Source: the human T2T-CHM13v2.0 reference genome, Homo sapiens
Strand: one strand, 5' to 3'
DNA: 64,000 bases
NCBI RefSeq assembly: GCF_009914755.1
Contig: NC_060940.1
The first letter of the stretch is position 1; each line of letters starts with the position of its first letter. Shown here piece after piece: positions 35,406 to 48,443 of this stretch. The position numbers were made by a program, and so were the translations under genes. The notes beneath the pieces were generated by a model. The model did not search any database, was not told where the DNA came from, and saw only the letters and a list, made by a program, of their open reading frames with translations.

Positions 35406-36849
35406 GCCTTAGAAGGATCAGATTAATTGACTTGGCTCCATGGACTGAGGTCACTCCCTCTTCATTTCTCTCCATTCGAGTTTTATTTCTAGGTGATAGA
35501 GAATCCAGTGGGTTTCCCCCTTGGGCAGGGTGTCCAGGGCAGGTGCAGTCAGATATGTCTAGATGGTGTGGCTAGAAGGTGTTCGATCTTGACTTTTACT
35601 ACAGCTGGTGTTGGCCTCAAGATGTGTGTAAACCCAGTGTTGAGAGAAAGAAGAGAAGAGGAGAGGTGAGATTGAGGGTTTAGTTTCAAAAGAGCTTCTG
35701 TCCCTGCTGGTGACCCTGTGACCTTCCTTAGGGAATTAAACTGGGCAACCGAGAGGTGATGTGTGGAGACAGAAGGTCGGATCAGCTCATCAACATCACT
35801 GGAATAAAGGCTGCACATTCCAGAGGGGGGACCAGCTGGGGGGCAGCTCCGACTCCCCACCACCCAGGGCTCTCTCAATGGTCCCTCAGTGTTCTTGAGG
35901 CCAACAGTAGAGGTCTGCTTCAGCACCAGGTCCCACTGAGGCCCCAGCTACTGCCGGACAGTCCAGGGGACCACAGCACCTGCACATAGAACCTGTGTGA
36001 GAGAGGAAATTGGTTTCTGGGTGGCACAAAGGTGGTCATGGAGGCCTGTTTATCTGCGGCATGGAAGGACTTGCCTCCCGAGATTTGTGTGATGTGTCAG
36101 GACCCTTTGGGCCACCAGGGACACAGCCCCAACTCAGGCTTCCTTCATGGGGGACAGGGGAAGAGGTACTTAGGGAACTGAGAACCCTAGGAGTTCCCTG
36201 AGCTTCAGGCACAGCTAAATTCAGGGACTCAAACCTTGTCGTCAGATAGACTCTTACACAGTAGGTTATCAGAATCAATGACCACCAGCTGACTCCTGTA
36301 CAAATGCCCAGTGTCAGCCCCACCCAAATCACAGCAAAAGAGCTTCTGACACTGGAAAAAGTGGGGAAGGGAGGAGTGCTAAACAAATAGAAGCCACAGA
36401 TATCTCTTCTGTGGCCCCCCAAAACCAAAGACTGAGAGAAGGTGCCATTTTCAATAATAGGGAGGGCTTCTAAGGGCAGCAGACATAAGAAAGGAAAGTA
36501 GCTACAAGGGATGCCCCTGCTTAAAAAAAAAAAAAAAAAAAAGACCAATAGATCTATTAGATTCTTACAGTGTGCCAGTATAGTGGGTAAGGGAGTAGGC
36601 TTTAAAATCTGACAGACCCAAGTTCCAGCCCTGACTTGACCACTGACACGTTCATTCATTCAACAGATACTTACTGAGCACTTGCTTAGTCCAGGCATTA
36701 GTGTTCCAGGGGATACTCACTGTGTGACATTGGGGAAGTTACTTGACTTCTCTGAGCCTCAATTTTCAGGGGGAAAAGTAGGAGTAAAAGCCAAAAAGCA
36801 TAGTTTTCAAGAGTTCAGGATCTGGAGTTAGTTTCTTTATGTTCATACC

Positions 36850-37895
36850 TTGTAAACTGTTTTTACTCACACTTCTGACACCAAGTTTGTGGGGTTTTTT
36901 TCCTCATACCAACCACTTCTCCATTTCTCTGGACACCAACTTGGTGTCCTTCAATTCAATTCATACGGACACTAAATGCCTGGAGTTAGTGCAGACCCCA
37001 CAGGTTAAGATCTCAGTCCCATAAGATTGCCCCTGCTTCAGATACCAGTCAAAAGCCCCAGGGTGCCACCTGTACCTCTGACTGACCTGGCTAATAAATT
37101 GGGAGTTCCCACGACCCCCTCCTCAAGTTCAATAATTTGCTAGAAAGGCTCACAGAACTCAGGAAAGCACTTTACTTACTATGACCAGTTTATTATAAAT
37201 GACACAACTTAGGGACAGCCAAGTAGAAAGGATGCATAGGGCAAGGCATGAGGCAGGGGGTTGTGTGTGGTGCTTTCACGCCCTCAACGGGCACAGCACC
37301 CTCCCAGCACCTTGATGTATTCGCTAACCTAGAAGCTTTCTGAATCCCTTCATTTAGGGTTTATATGGAGATACCATTATATGGGCAGGATGGATTAAAC
37401 CATTGGCCATTGGTGTCAGAACTCAACCTCCAGCCCCTCCCCTCCCTGGAGGTCTGGGAGTGCAGCTGAAAGTTCCAACCTTTTAATCATGCTTTGATCT
37501 TTCTGAAGACCAGTCCCATCCAGTCATCTCATTAACATACAAAAGACACTCTGATCATTCTGGAGATTCCGGGCATTTTATTTTTATTTTCATTTGAGAC
37601 AGGGTCTTGCTCTGTCACCTAGGCTGGAGTGCAGTGGCGCAATGATGGCTCACTGCAGCCTTGACCTCCAGGTTCAAGCAATCCTCCCACCTCAGCCTCC
37701 AGAATAGCTGGGACTACAGGCATGCACCACCATGCCTTGCTAATTTTTTTCTATTTTTTGTAGAGATGGGGTTGCCCAGGCTGATCTCAAGCTTGTGAGC
37801 TCAAGCTATCCCTCCACCTCGACCTCTGTAAGTGTTCAGGGGTTTTGGAAGGTCTTTGCCAGCAACGGGGACGAGGATCCAATATGTATTTTCTA
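36850..37895. mobile_element. MER21-like ERV LTR interrupted by an antisense Alu (~37577-37830)
   Basis: cacttctgacacca, ggagttagtgcagaccccacaggtta and ggctcacagaactcagg motifs. Confidence 0.7.
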
Positions 37896-38952
37896 TTCGC
37901 ACCTTGGCTCTGCCACCTACTTACAATGTGATGTCAGCACATGCCTGGACCTTTCAGGCATGAAAGATCCCTTTACTGTCATATATTATGAGGATAATAA
38001 CAGTAACTCTCCCATAGGGTTGCTGTGAAGATTAAAGGGGAAAATAAAGGAAAGCACTTGGCCAGGCGCAGTGGCTCACGCCTGTAATCCCAGCAGTTTG
38101 GGAGGCCGAGGAGGCTGGATCACTTGAGGTCAGGAGTTCAAGACCAGCCTAGCCAACATGGTGAAACCCCGTCTCTACTAACAATACAAAAAAAAAAAAA
38201 ATAGCTGGGCGTGGTGGTGCATGCCTGTAGTCCCAGCTACTCAGCAGGCTGAGGTAGGAGAATCGCTTGAGCCTGCACCATCATCGAAGGGCCCTTTGAG
38301 AACTGAATGACATAATGTGATAAGAAGCAAGGTGCTCAGCCCCAAGTGTGGTACAGAAGTGATTGGTCAATGTTTCCGCTGTGGTTATTTGTTTATTTAG
38401 TCAGCATGTTAGGGGGTTGCCCATATGTCGGCTCTGGCTTGGATCTTGGGGATAAAGTGGTAAGTGAAGGGCTCGCAGTCTAGGCTGAAGGCCACAGTTA
38501 GAAACCAGAATCCTGAGTGGTTCCCTCCGCTGCAGGGACTCTGTCATGGCTCTGTGCCCAATGCAGCACCTTTGCCTGGCACAGGGTGGAGTTTCTGCTG
38601 GTAGAATAAACAGCCACGTGTTCACTGAAAGAGGTAAATCTCAGGCTCACAGGAAAGCACGTGGCAGGGATACCTGCCCTGCTGTGGGTGGGCTGCGCAT
38701 GGGATGGGGGTTGGTGGATGGTCTGGAATGTTCTGTTTACCTGGCACATAGTTTTACCGTGTGGGCAATGGTGCAACATAAGATTGACGGAAGCGGAAGC
38801 TGGGGAATGAAAAGCCTCAGGCCAGGCCATGGATCTTAGCGCTTATCCTGAGGGGGATGGGAGCCGTTACAAGACAAAAAATAGGGGAGGCCCTGGTCAG
38901 ATTTGAATTTGAGGTTGCTGTTTCTGGAGCAGAGTACGAGGTGGACCTAGAG

Positions 38953-39151
38953 CAGGGATTCTCAGCTTTGGCACTCGTCACACCTTGGGCTGGACCATTC
39001 TGTGTTGTAGATGCCGTCCTGTGGGCAGCACCCCTGGCCCCACCCATTAGATGCTAGTAACTCCCTCTCCCCGACTTGTCACCACCCAAAATATCTCCAG
39101 ACATTGCCACATGCCCCCTGCAGGGCACAATCACCCCCTTGAGAACCACTG
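38953..39151. mobile_element. MER20 DNA transposon (further copies at ~46909-47125 and ~48795-49025)
   Basis: acccattagatgc...tctccagacattgcca...gagaaccactg. Confidence 0.8.
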
Positions 39152-41342
39152 ATTTGAGAATGTTTGAGAACAGGGCAAGGTGACCTTAGATGTGGTGGGG
39201 GAGGGATCCAGGAGTGATTTTGGACAGGCATGGGGGGCTTGGAGGATTTTTTGGAGTTGGAAACGACACGAGGGCAGAGGGTGAGGGAGGTCTCTAGAGC
39301 CTCACTCAGCTTTCGGCGTTGAGGTGCTTGCTGGTTAGGGGTGCTGGACAGTGAGACAGGAGGAGCAGGTGAGGATGGGGCAGGGTGGTGCTGATGAGCT
39401 AAGTTTGGGGTGCAGGGTGTTGAGGATGAGCACCCCTGAGGAGGCTTCCAGTGGACTTAACTAAAGATCCCTGAGTGATCTCATCTGATGCCGTGGCTTG
39501 AAACACCTGTGTTATCAGTATTTCCGGGGCACTTGTGAAACATTCTGATTCCCAGGCCCCTCCCCTGAAGAATCTGATCAAGTAGGCTCTGGGAGGCCCC
39601 AGGAATCTGTATTTACAAGCACCCTCAGTGGCTCTGTTGAGGGCAGCTTTGGAAACACTGAACTTAGTTTGCCGCCTGCTGGAGTGGCTGGCTCACGTCT
39701 CACTCCTACCCTGGACTGTTGATTTTGCCCCAAATTGCTCCTCCGCCGGTGTTCCCCATATCCATCAGTGACACCCGCATTTATCCCCAAACCCAGGAGC
39801 CATAGCCTACACTCATCAGCAAATCAGGCCAGCCCCATCAACCCCTTCAAACCCTTCTACTCCTACAACCAGGTCCAGGCCACCTTCACTTCTCACCTGC
39901 AGTGTTAGGACGCCCCTCATGGGTCTCCCTGCTTCATTCCTTTGCATTGCATTTCTCAACCCAGCAGCCAGGGGAATACAGTAAAATAAATGTCAGTTCA
40001 TGTCTTACTCCTGCATCTAACCTTCTAATGGCTTCCTGTCTCATTCAACATAAAATCTAAATGAGACTCAGCCCCTGTATCTCCCTCCAACTTTATTTCC
40101 CTGGTCAGTGGCCTCCTGGACTCTGCTTCGGCCACATCAACTTTGCTGGGTATCTCAGGCACACCTGGAGTGGCCCTACCTCAGGGCCTTTGCACTACCA
40201 TGTCTCTCCTTGGAATGCTGTCCCCCCAGATACCTTCATGGCTCCCTCCTTTCTTCACTCAGGTTACCATCTCAGAGAGGCCTTCCTTGACTTTTTTTTT
40301 TTTTTTCTTTTGAGACAAGGTCTCACTCTGTCACCCAGGCTGGAGTACAGTGGCTTGATCTCAGCTCCCTGCAACCCCTGCCTCCCAGGTTAAAGTGATT
40401 CTCGTGCCTCAGCCTCCTGAGTATCTGGGACTACAGGCATGTACCACCACACCCAGCTACTTTTTGTATCTTTGGTATAAAGATACAAAGATACAAAGAT
40501 ACTTTTTGTATCTTTAGTAGAGGCAGCGTTTCACCATGTTGACCAGGCTGGTCTTGAACTCCTGACCTCAAGTGATCCACCGGCCTCGGCCTCCCAAAGT
40601 GCTGGGATTATGGGCGTGAGCCACTGCACCCAGCCCCTTGACTTTCCTTTTAAAGAGCAGCCCTATCACTTTCTATCCCCGATGCCAGCTTTGTTTTTCT
40701 TCCTAGCACTTAACTGCTATCAGACATTACATATTAATTTCCTTATTATGTTTCTTCCACTTTAATGTGAACTCCAAAAGGAGGGGGATTTTTTTCTGTC
40801 TTGTTCCCTAGTGGTACATAATACATGTTCAATAAATATTTATGGAAGGGAAGGAAAAAAAGGAAAGGAGAAAGAGAAAAAAAGAAGGCGTAGGCAGGAC
40901 TAGAACTCATAAAGAAAGTATATTTGGGTTACATAGTCAGTGTGATAGTAGAAATGACAGGCGTCAAGAAAATTGCCAAAAACACCATATAAAGTAAAGT
41001 AAAGGTGACTAGGAGTTGAATTCTGGGGAAAACTACATTTAAGGGCAGGAGAGAAGAAACAAGAACTGTGGAGACCAAGAAATAGAAGCTAGAAGGTAAG
41101 AGGAAGAGCAGGAGCGGACAGTGTCATGTGAACAAACGGAAACATTTCAAGAAAGATCAGCCTTCTCCACTAGAACTTCATGGGGTATATATATGGTATG
41201 TGTCCTCCTTTTCTTAGGAGGAAAGGAATGAGGCTCAGAGAGGTTCAGCGGCATGGCTGAGGTCACACACTCAGTGTATGTGGGAGAGCTGGGATTGCAA
41301 TGGAGGTCTGTAACTCTTTGTCTTTTGTCTTAGTCCACCAGA

Positions 41343-43736
41343 GTGTTAGTTTTCTGGGGCCACTGTAATACACACTGGGTGCCTTAAAACAACAGGAATT
41401 TATTCCCTCACAACTCTGGAGGCTTATAGTCCAAATTCAGGGTGTTAGCCGAGTTGATTCCTTGCAGATCTCTACAGGAGAAACCACCCCAGACCTCTCC
41501 TGTGGCTTCTGATGGCTGCCAGCAATCCTGGTACTCCTTGGCTGACAGATGCATCCCTCCAGCCTCCACCTCTGTCCTCACCTGGCATTCTCCCCTGTGT
41601 GTCTTAGTCCATGTTTCTTCTCCCCATTTCATAAATCCAGTCCTATGGGATATAGGGCCCACCCTACTCCTGTACGACCTCATCTTGACTCAATTACATC
41701 TGCAAAACTCCTATTTCCAAATAAGGACTGTGGACCCCCATTGCTATAGTTTGGATGTGTTTCCTCTGCCAAACCTGATGTTGAAATGTGATCCCCAATG
41801 TTGGAGGTGGGACCTAATGGGAGGTATTGGGTCATGGGAGTGGATCCCTCATGACTGACTAGGTGCCATCCTCATGGTAGTAAGTGAGTTCTTGCTCTGT
41901 TAGTTCTGCACAAGAGCTGGTTGTTTAAAAGAGCCTCGTGCCTTCCCCATCTCTCTTGCTTCCTCTCGTGCCCTGTGATCTTTGCACACGACAGCTCCCT
42001 TTCCCCTTCTGACAAAAGTAGAAGCAGCCTGAGACCCTCACCAGAAGCAGAGGAGATGCTGGTGCCATGCTTCTTGTACAGCCTGCAGGACCACGAGCCA
42101 CTTAATCCTCTTTTCTTTATAAATTACCCAGCCTCAGTTATTCTTCTATAGCAATGCAAAATGGACTAAGACAGTCATATTTACAGGTGTATTAGTCTGT
42201 TCTCACACTGCTATAAGAAATACCTGAGACTGGGTAATTTATAAAGAAGAGGTTTAATTGACTTACAGTTCTGTAGGCTGCATAGGAAGCATGGCTGGGG
42301 AGGCCTCAGGAAACTTACAATCATGGTGGAAGGCAAGGGGGGGAAAGAGATACCTCATATGGCCAGAGCAGGAGGAAGAGACAGAGAATGGGGAGGGGCC
42401 ACACACTTTTAAACAACCAGATCTCCTGAGAACTCTATCATGAGAACAGCACCAAAGGGGGAAATCCACCTCCATGGTCCAATCACCTCCCACCAGGCCT
42501 CACCTCCAACATTGGGGGAAAGTTATGTAAGGTCACTACCCTCAATGAGCTCACAGCTTCGTGGAGCAGAAAGATAGGGAACAAGGTGGCCACTCCCTCA
42601 AAAATGAAAATGGGGCCAGGCACAGTGGCTCATACCTGTAATCCTTGGGGAGGCCAGGGCAACAGGATCACTCGAGGCCAGGAGTTCAAGGCTGCGAGCT
42701 GTGATCACACCACTGCACTCCAGCTTGGGTGACACAGTGAGACCCCGTCTGTAACAAAACAGGAAAAAAAAGAAAGAAAGAAAGAAAATGGAGCCTTACC
42801 TCATAACACAGACCAAAATCAAATCCTGATGGTCAGGAACTGATGAATGGCCAAACTTTAAGTTTTATAAGGAAATAAAGATCTTTATGAGCTTAGTATA
42901 GCAAAGCACCTCTTTAAAAAGTCAGAAAATAAAGTATGAACCAATGAAGGCAAAGAGGGATGCATCCTACCACATTAAAATGATGAACTTCTGCTTATCA
43001 GGAAACATAGTAAAAAGGATTAAAAGGCAAGCCACAGACTGGGAGGATACGTTTGCTATACACATATATTAGTTTTCTAGGGCTGTTGTAAGAAAATGCC
43101 GCAAACTGGTGGCTTGAAGAACATAAATTTACTCTCTGCAATTATTGGAGGTGTATTAGTCCTTCACACTGCTATAAAGAACCACCTGAGACTGGGCACT
43201 ACTAAGAAAAGAGGTTCCGTTGACTCACCGTTCTGCATGGCTGTGGAGGCCCAGGAAACTTACAATCATGGTGGAAGGTGAAGGGGAAGCAAAGCACGGC
43301 TTACATGGCAGCAGGAGAGTGAGGGGGGAAGTGCCACACATTTTTAAACTGTCAGATCTCATGAGAACTCACTCACTGTTATGAGAACAGCATGGGGAAA
43401 TCCACCCCACAATCCAATCACCTCCCACCAGGTCCCTCCCCTGACATGTGGGGATTAAAATTCCACATGAGATTTGGGTGGGGACAAAGAGCCAAATCAT
43501 GTCAGGAAGGTGTTGGCAAAGCTATTATCTGTACCAGGCCTCTGTCACAGTGTCTGGTGGTTGGCTGGCAATATTTGGTGTCTATTGGCTTATAGATCTC
43601 TGCCTTCATCTTCACGTGGTATTCTCCCTGTGTGCATGTCTAAATGTCCTCTTTTCATCAGGACATCAGTCATTGGATTAAGGCCTACCCTACTCCAGTA
43701 TAACCTTATCTTATTTAATCACTTCTACAAGGACCT

Positions 43737-43775
<39 letters not shown>

Positions 43776-44430
43776 AGACAGAGTCTCGCGCTGTCACCCA
43801 GGCTGGAGTGCAGTGGTACGATCTTGGCTCACTGCAATCTCTGCCTTTCGGGTTCAAGGGAGCTGGGATTACAGACACCCACCACCACACCTGCCTAATT
43901 TTTTGTATTTTTAGTAGAGATGGAGTTTCACCATGTTGGTCAGGCTGGTCTCGAACTTCTGACCTCAAGTGATCTGCCTGCCTCAGCCTCTTAAAGTGAT
44001 GGGATTACAGGCGCGAGCCACTGCACCCTGCCAGGACATTATTTCTAAATAAGGTCACATTCAGAGATCCTGGGGGTTGGAAATTAAATATGAATTTTGG
44101 GGAGGGAAATAATTCAACCCATAAAAACATGTAATTGCTGAATAATAGTATCCATAATACTTAAAGGCCCTTCTAGAAATTAATAAGAGAAAGACAAATA
44201 CACAATGATCAAAAAGAAATGAGCAGGGTTTTCATAGATGAGAAAGCATAAGTAGCTGATAACACAACAAGGTGCTCACCTCTTTAGCAGTCAGGGAAAC
44301 CCAGATTAAACCCACAAGATACCCATCAGATGAGACTAATGAAAAGCCTGACAATAACAGACCAATATAATCCAGTGTGAAATGCAGCTTGTCAGCCTCA
44401 CTGGGGGCTTATGGAGGAAGGGCATTGCAC
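41343..44430. mobile_element. Nested MaLR cluster: MLT1 with MST inside (~41741-42173), MST/THE1 (~42188-42515), and L1 fragment containing MLT1 (~43063-44125), itself containing MST (~43152-43504) and an Alu (~43738-44033)
   Basis: tgtattagtc...ctgagactggg...ggaaacttacaatcatgg MaLR motifs; MLT1 halves resume after the inserts. Confidence 0.75.
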
Positions 44431-44452
44431 TCACATAGAAAGTCAACATTTC

Positions 44453-44794
<342 letters not shown>

Positions 44795-46273
44795 CTAGCA
44801 ATAGGAAAATGGTTAATATAAGTTACAGTATTTCAGCCTAATGGAATGTTGTATGTGAACATTTATAATGACACTTATAATGTCTAGATAGTCACATGGA
44901 AAATGTGTGTGTAATTCTTTTAGTTTTATTATATTTTATTATTTTTATTAGTACAAATTTATGAGGTACACATGAAATTTTGTTACATATGTAATATATA
45001 GTGATAAAGTCATAGTATTTAGGGCTTCTATCATTCTGGTACAATACATTTTTGTTAAATATAGTAACACTACTCTACTATCAAACATTTATTATTATTA
45101 TTTTTTAATTGAGACGGAGTCTTGCTTGAGGCAGGAGTCCTGAACTCCCGGCTTCAAGTGATCCTGCCACCTTGGCCTCCCGAAGTGCTTGGATTACAAG
45201 CGTGAGTCACCGTGCCCAGCCCCAAACATTGAATTTTTTCCTTCTCACTAACTGTATGTTTGTACCCTTTAACCCACTTCTCTTTATCCTCTCCCCTCTG
45301 ATCTAAGGGTATTTTTTTTTAAAAGGGTATTTTTTTTTAAAGGGTATTTTTTTTTTTAAATACCCTTTTTTTTTCTTAAAGGGTATTTCAGAATGTGACT
45401 GTATTGTCAATGCAGCTATGCAAATACAGGGTTGAGGTATTGACAAAGACTGGGAAAAAAAGTGAAGAGAAGAAAGAAGAAGAAAGAAAAGGAAGTGAAA
45501 GCATTTGATGAAATGTGTAAAGCACTGGCATTGCGGTTGGAGTTTGCTTTTTAAAAAATCCATTTCTATTTTAATGTTGTTTGTGCAGCAGATTAAGAGA
45601 CAATAGACTTTATCCAACCGGTGAGAGCAAAGGCATAAGGGGGCGCAGAGCAGCTGTGTTTGGGCTTCACTAAAATTTGTGTGCGCACATTTGAAACCCT
45701 TTGCTAGGTGAGAGAGAGCGAAAGGACCATAGAGAAGGAGTTCAAAGCAAACCTGTCAGGAGGAGAGCTGGGCTCTTGCTATCTCCAGAAAATGTCTTTT
45801 GTCCCAGATGATTTTCTTTGATTTCCTTTTTATTGATTAGAAATTAACTGTGTTGAAAGGCTGCCGGGAGAGAGAATTTTTGTCTGGGTAGAGAGGAGAG
45901 AGCTGAGCCACATTTGCCCAAGCCGGCTGCTGGATTCATCTGAGTAATTTACAGATTGTCTATTTTGGTTCTCCCTAGCCCACCCCACGTGGTTCGACCA
46001 AATTAAGCGCATCGGGCTCTTACAAGAAAGGAAATGAGGCCTGTTTATTTGTGACATCGCTTCCACAAGGGACGAGGTAGAAGTGGGCCTGTCACCCAGT
46101 TCCTTCTCCTGTCTTGGCTTCGATTCTGTGGGGGTTGGATAGGACAGGGGGTGGAACATCGTGCTGACAACCCCTCTCGGCCCGTGGTGTGGCAGCAGCT
46201 CAGCCTCTGTGTTGGGGGCTGCACTGCTTGATCTTGGATTTGTTTCTGGTGCTGTGAATATAGTAGTGGACAC

Positions 46274-46306
46274 ATGGGCACTTTCTTTGCCTTTATGGAG
46301 AAAAAG
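46274..46306 (+). CDS. SYT17: Candidate internal first exon coding part (MGTFFAFMEKK), in frame with exon 6
   Basis: ATG GGC ACT TTC TTT GCC TTT ATG GAG AAA AAG|gtaagg. Upstream in-frame TGA at 46229-46231; lies at the end of a unique, CpG-retaining block. Confidence 0.45.
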
Positions 46307-46477
46307 GTAAGGACCAAGTACCGTGAAGGAAATGACAAGGTGGTGTGATGGGAAATGATGGAGGCAGAGGGGTGTTTTCAACTGAGTGTTAATGGGAAGC
46401 TTAGATGAGGAGGTGACTGTTGAGTTGAGATTCCCAGGGAATAGCAAGTTCAAGCCTTGGGGCAGGTACGATCTTGT

Positions 46478-47500
46478 ATTTTTTTTTTTTTTGAGACAGA
46501 GTCTCGCTCTGTCGCCGAGGCTGGAGTGCAGTGGCGGGATCTCAGCTCACTGCAAGCTCCGCTCCACCTCCCGGGTTCACGGCATTCCCCTGCCTCAGCC
46601 TCCCAAGTAGCTGGGACTACAGGCGCCCGCCACCAAGCCCGGCTAATATTTTTGTATTTTTAGTAGAGACTCGGTTTCACTGTGTTAGCCAGGATGGTCT
46701 CGATCTCCTGACCTCGTGATCCGCCCGCCTCAGCCTCCCAAAATGCTGGGATTACAGGTGTGAGCCACCGTGCCTGGCCAATGATCTTGTATTTTTAAAG
46801 AATAGAAAGAAGGCAGAGGCGGTTGGTGAGTGAAGTCTCAGAGGTAGGCAGGAATCAAATCATTTGGATCAAATCATTTCGATCCCGTAGATAAATTATT
46901 TTAGAGACCATTAGTTCTCAACTGGGTGATTTTTGCCCTCAGTGGACATTTGACGATGTCTGGAGACATTCTGAGACTTTACCACTGGGGAGAGGGGTGA
47001 TGCCGCTGGCATCCAGTGTGTAGAGGCCAGAGATGCTGCTAAACTTCCTGTAGCGCACAGGACAGCTCCCACAACACAGAATGCTCCAGCCCAAAGTGGC
47101 AATAGTGCTGAGGTTGACAAACCCTGTTGTTGACCAGGCTAAGCACTTTGAATTTTATTTTGAGAGATGGAGGGTTTTAAACAGGGAAGTGAGGCCGGGT
47201 ATGGTGGCTCACACATGTCATCCCAGCACTTTGGGAGGCCAAGGTGGGCAGATCACTTGAGGTCAGGAGTTCGAGACCAGCCTGGCCAGCATGGTAAAAC
47301 CCTATCTCTACTAAAAATACAAAAATTAGCTGGGCATGGGGGCTCATGCCTGTAATCTCAGCTACTCGGGAGGCTGAGGCACAAGAATCACTTGAACCCA
47401 GGAGGCAGAGGCGACAGTGAGCCAAGATTGTGCCAGGGCACTCCAACTTGAGCCACAGAGCGAGATTCCTGTCACAATAAATAAATAAATAAGAAATAAA
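46478..47500. mobile_element. Antisense AluY-like (~46478-46779) and sense Alu (~47193-47500)
   Basis: TSDs gatcttgtattttt and taaacagggaagtga. Confidence 0.88.
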
Positions 47501-47949
47501 CAGGGAAGTGAGGTAATGGCATGGTTCCGTTTTCTTTTAGAAAACCAGAATATTGGTCTAAATTATTTCAGCTCTGACATTCCAATCTTATCTCACTAAA
47601 TTTGGATAAGGAAGACTTCACAGAGTTGGAGATCCTACCAGAACAAGCAATCCATTTTCCTTGGGAGGGCTGAACCCACTTCCTAGGAGGATTTTTGTAT
47701 TTGGTGCTTGGATGTCCACTTTGCAGTGAAAAAGAATGGCTTAAGGAGAAAGAAGAAGGAAGGAAATCTTAGCTGGATCTTTCTGGGCTCTGGATTGTGG
47801 CTGGTGCTTTGGCCTCTTCAGATCCAGAGGGGACTGAAGACAGACTCAGTGGAGGCAGTGAATAGACTTTTCTTTCTTCTTAAGAGACAGGGTCTTGCTG
47901 TGCCTCCCAGGCTAGAGTGCAGGGGTTCAATCATAGCTTACTAAAGCCT

Positions 47950-48443
47950 TGTTAGAAACAAATGTGCAGTGTCACAAAGAAAATGAGCACTAAAACAAAG
48001 GATTTCCCAGTAAGGCAAAATTTACTTCTGTAGGAAGGTGTTTCTCACAGGTCTAGTCATCATGAGAGTGCACTGAACAAAGGAGGGAGGGGGTTTTTAT
48101 CCCTAACGTAGCTTGTCCCTGCTACTGTGTCCTGCCTCCACAGGTTGGAGTTGGACCACACAATCTAAGCTGAACCTGGTTGGCTAACTTGGAAAGTGCG
48201 GGAATGCGGTTACACTGGCAGGAAGGACAGTTTTGGTGGGAAGAGCTGCTGTGATGGGAGGGGTAATTTACAGAGTGGGTAGTAGATGTAGGCTCTGTAG
48301 ATAAGGACCAGTGGAAGAGTTGTTTACTGAAACCAAGACAGGGAGGTACAGAGAGCAAGGAAGTTTGGCCTTAAAAGTAGAGAACAAAGAACAAGGAAAC
48401 TAAACAAGCTAAACCTTTGAAGAGGAGCTTCTCGCATCAGATA
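47950..48443 (-). mobile_element. LTR10-like ERV1 solo LTR inserted into an AluJ (~47871-48680)
   Basis: tgttagaaac...gagcactaaaacaaaggattt...tttttatccctaacg; 4-bp TSD gcct; the Alu resumes after the insert. Confidence 0.7.

Noticed and set aside
35919-35964. REST/RE1 half-sites TTCAGCACC and GGACAG
   Set aside because: The 28-nt spacer fits neither canonical nor common non-canonical RE1 spacing.
45830-46453. 207-aa minus-strand ORF over the unique block
   Set aside because: No canonical ATG at the listed start, no recognisable domain, and it starts in repeat-like sequence. The block is better explained as regulatory.
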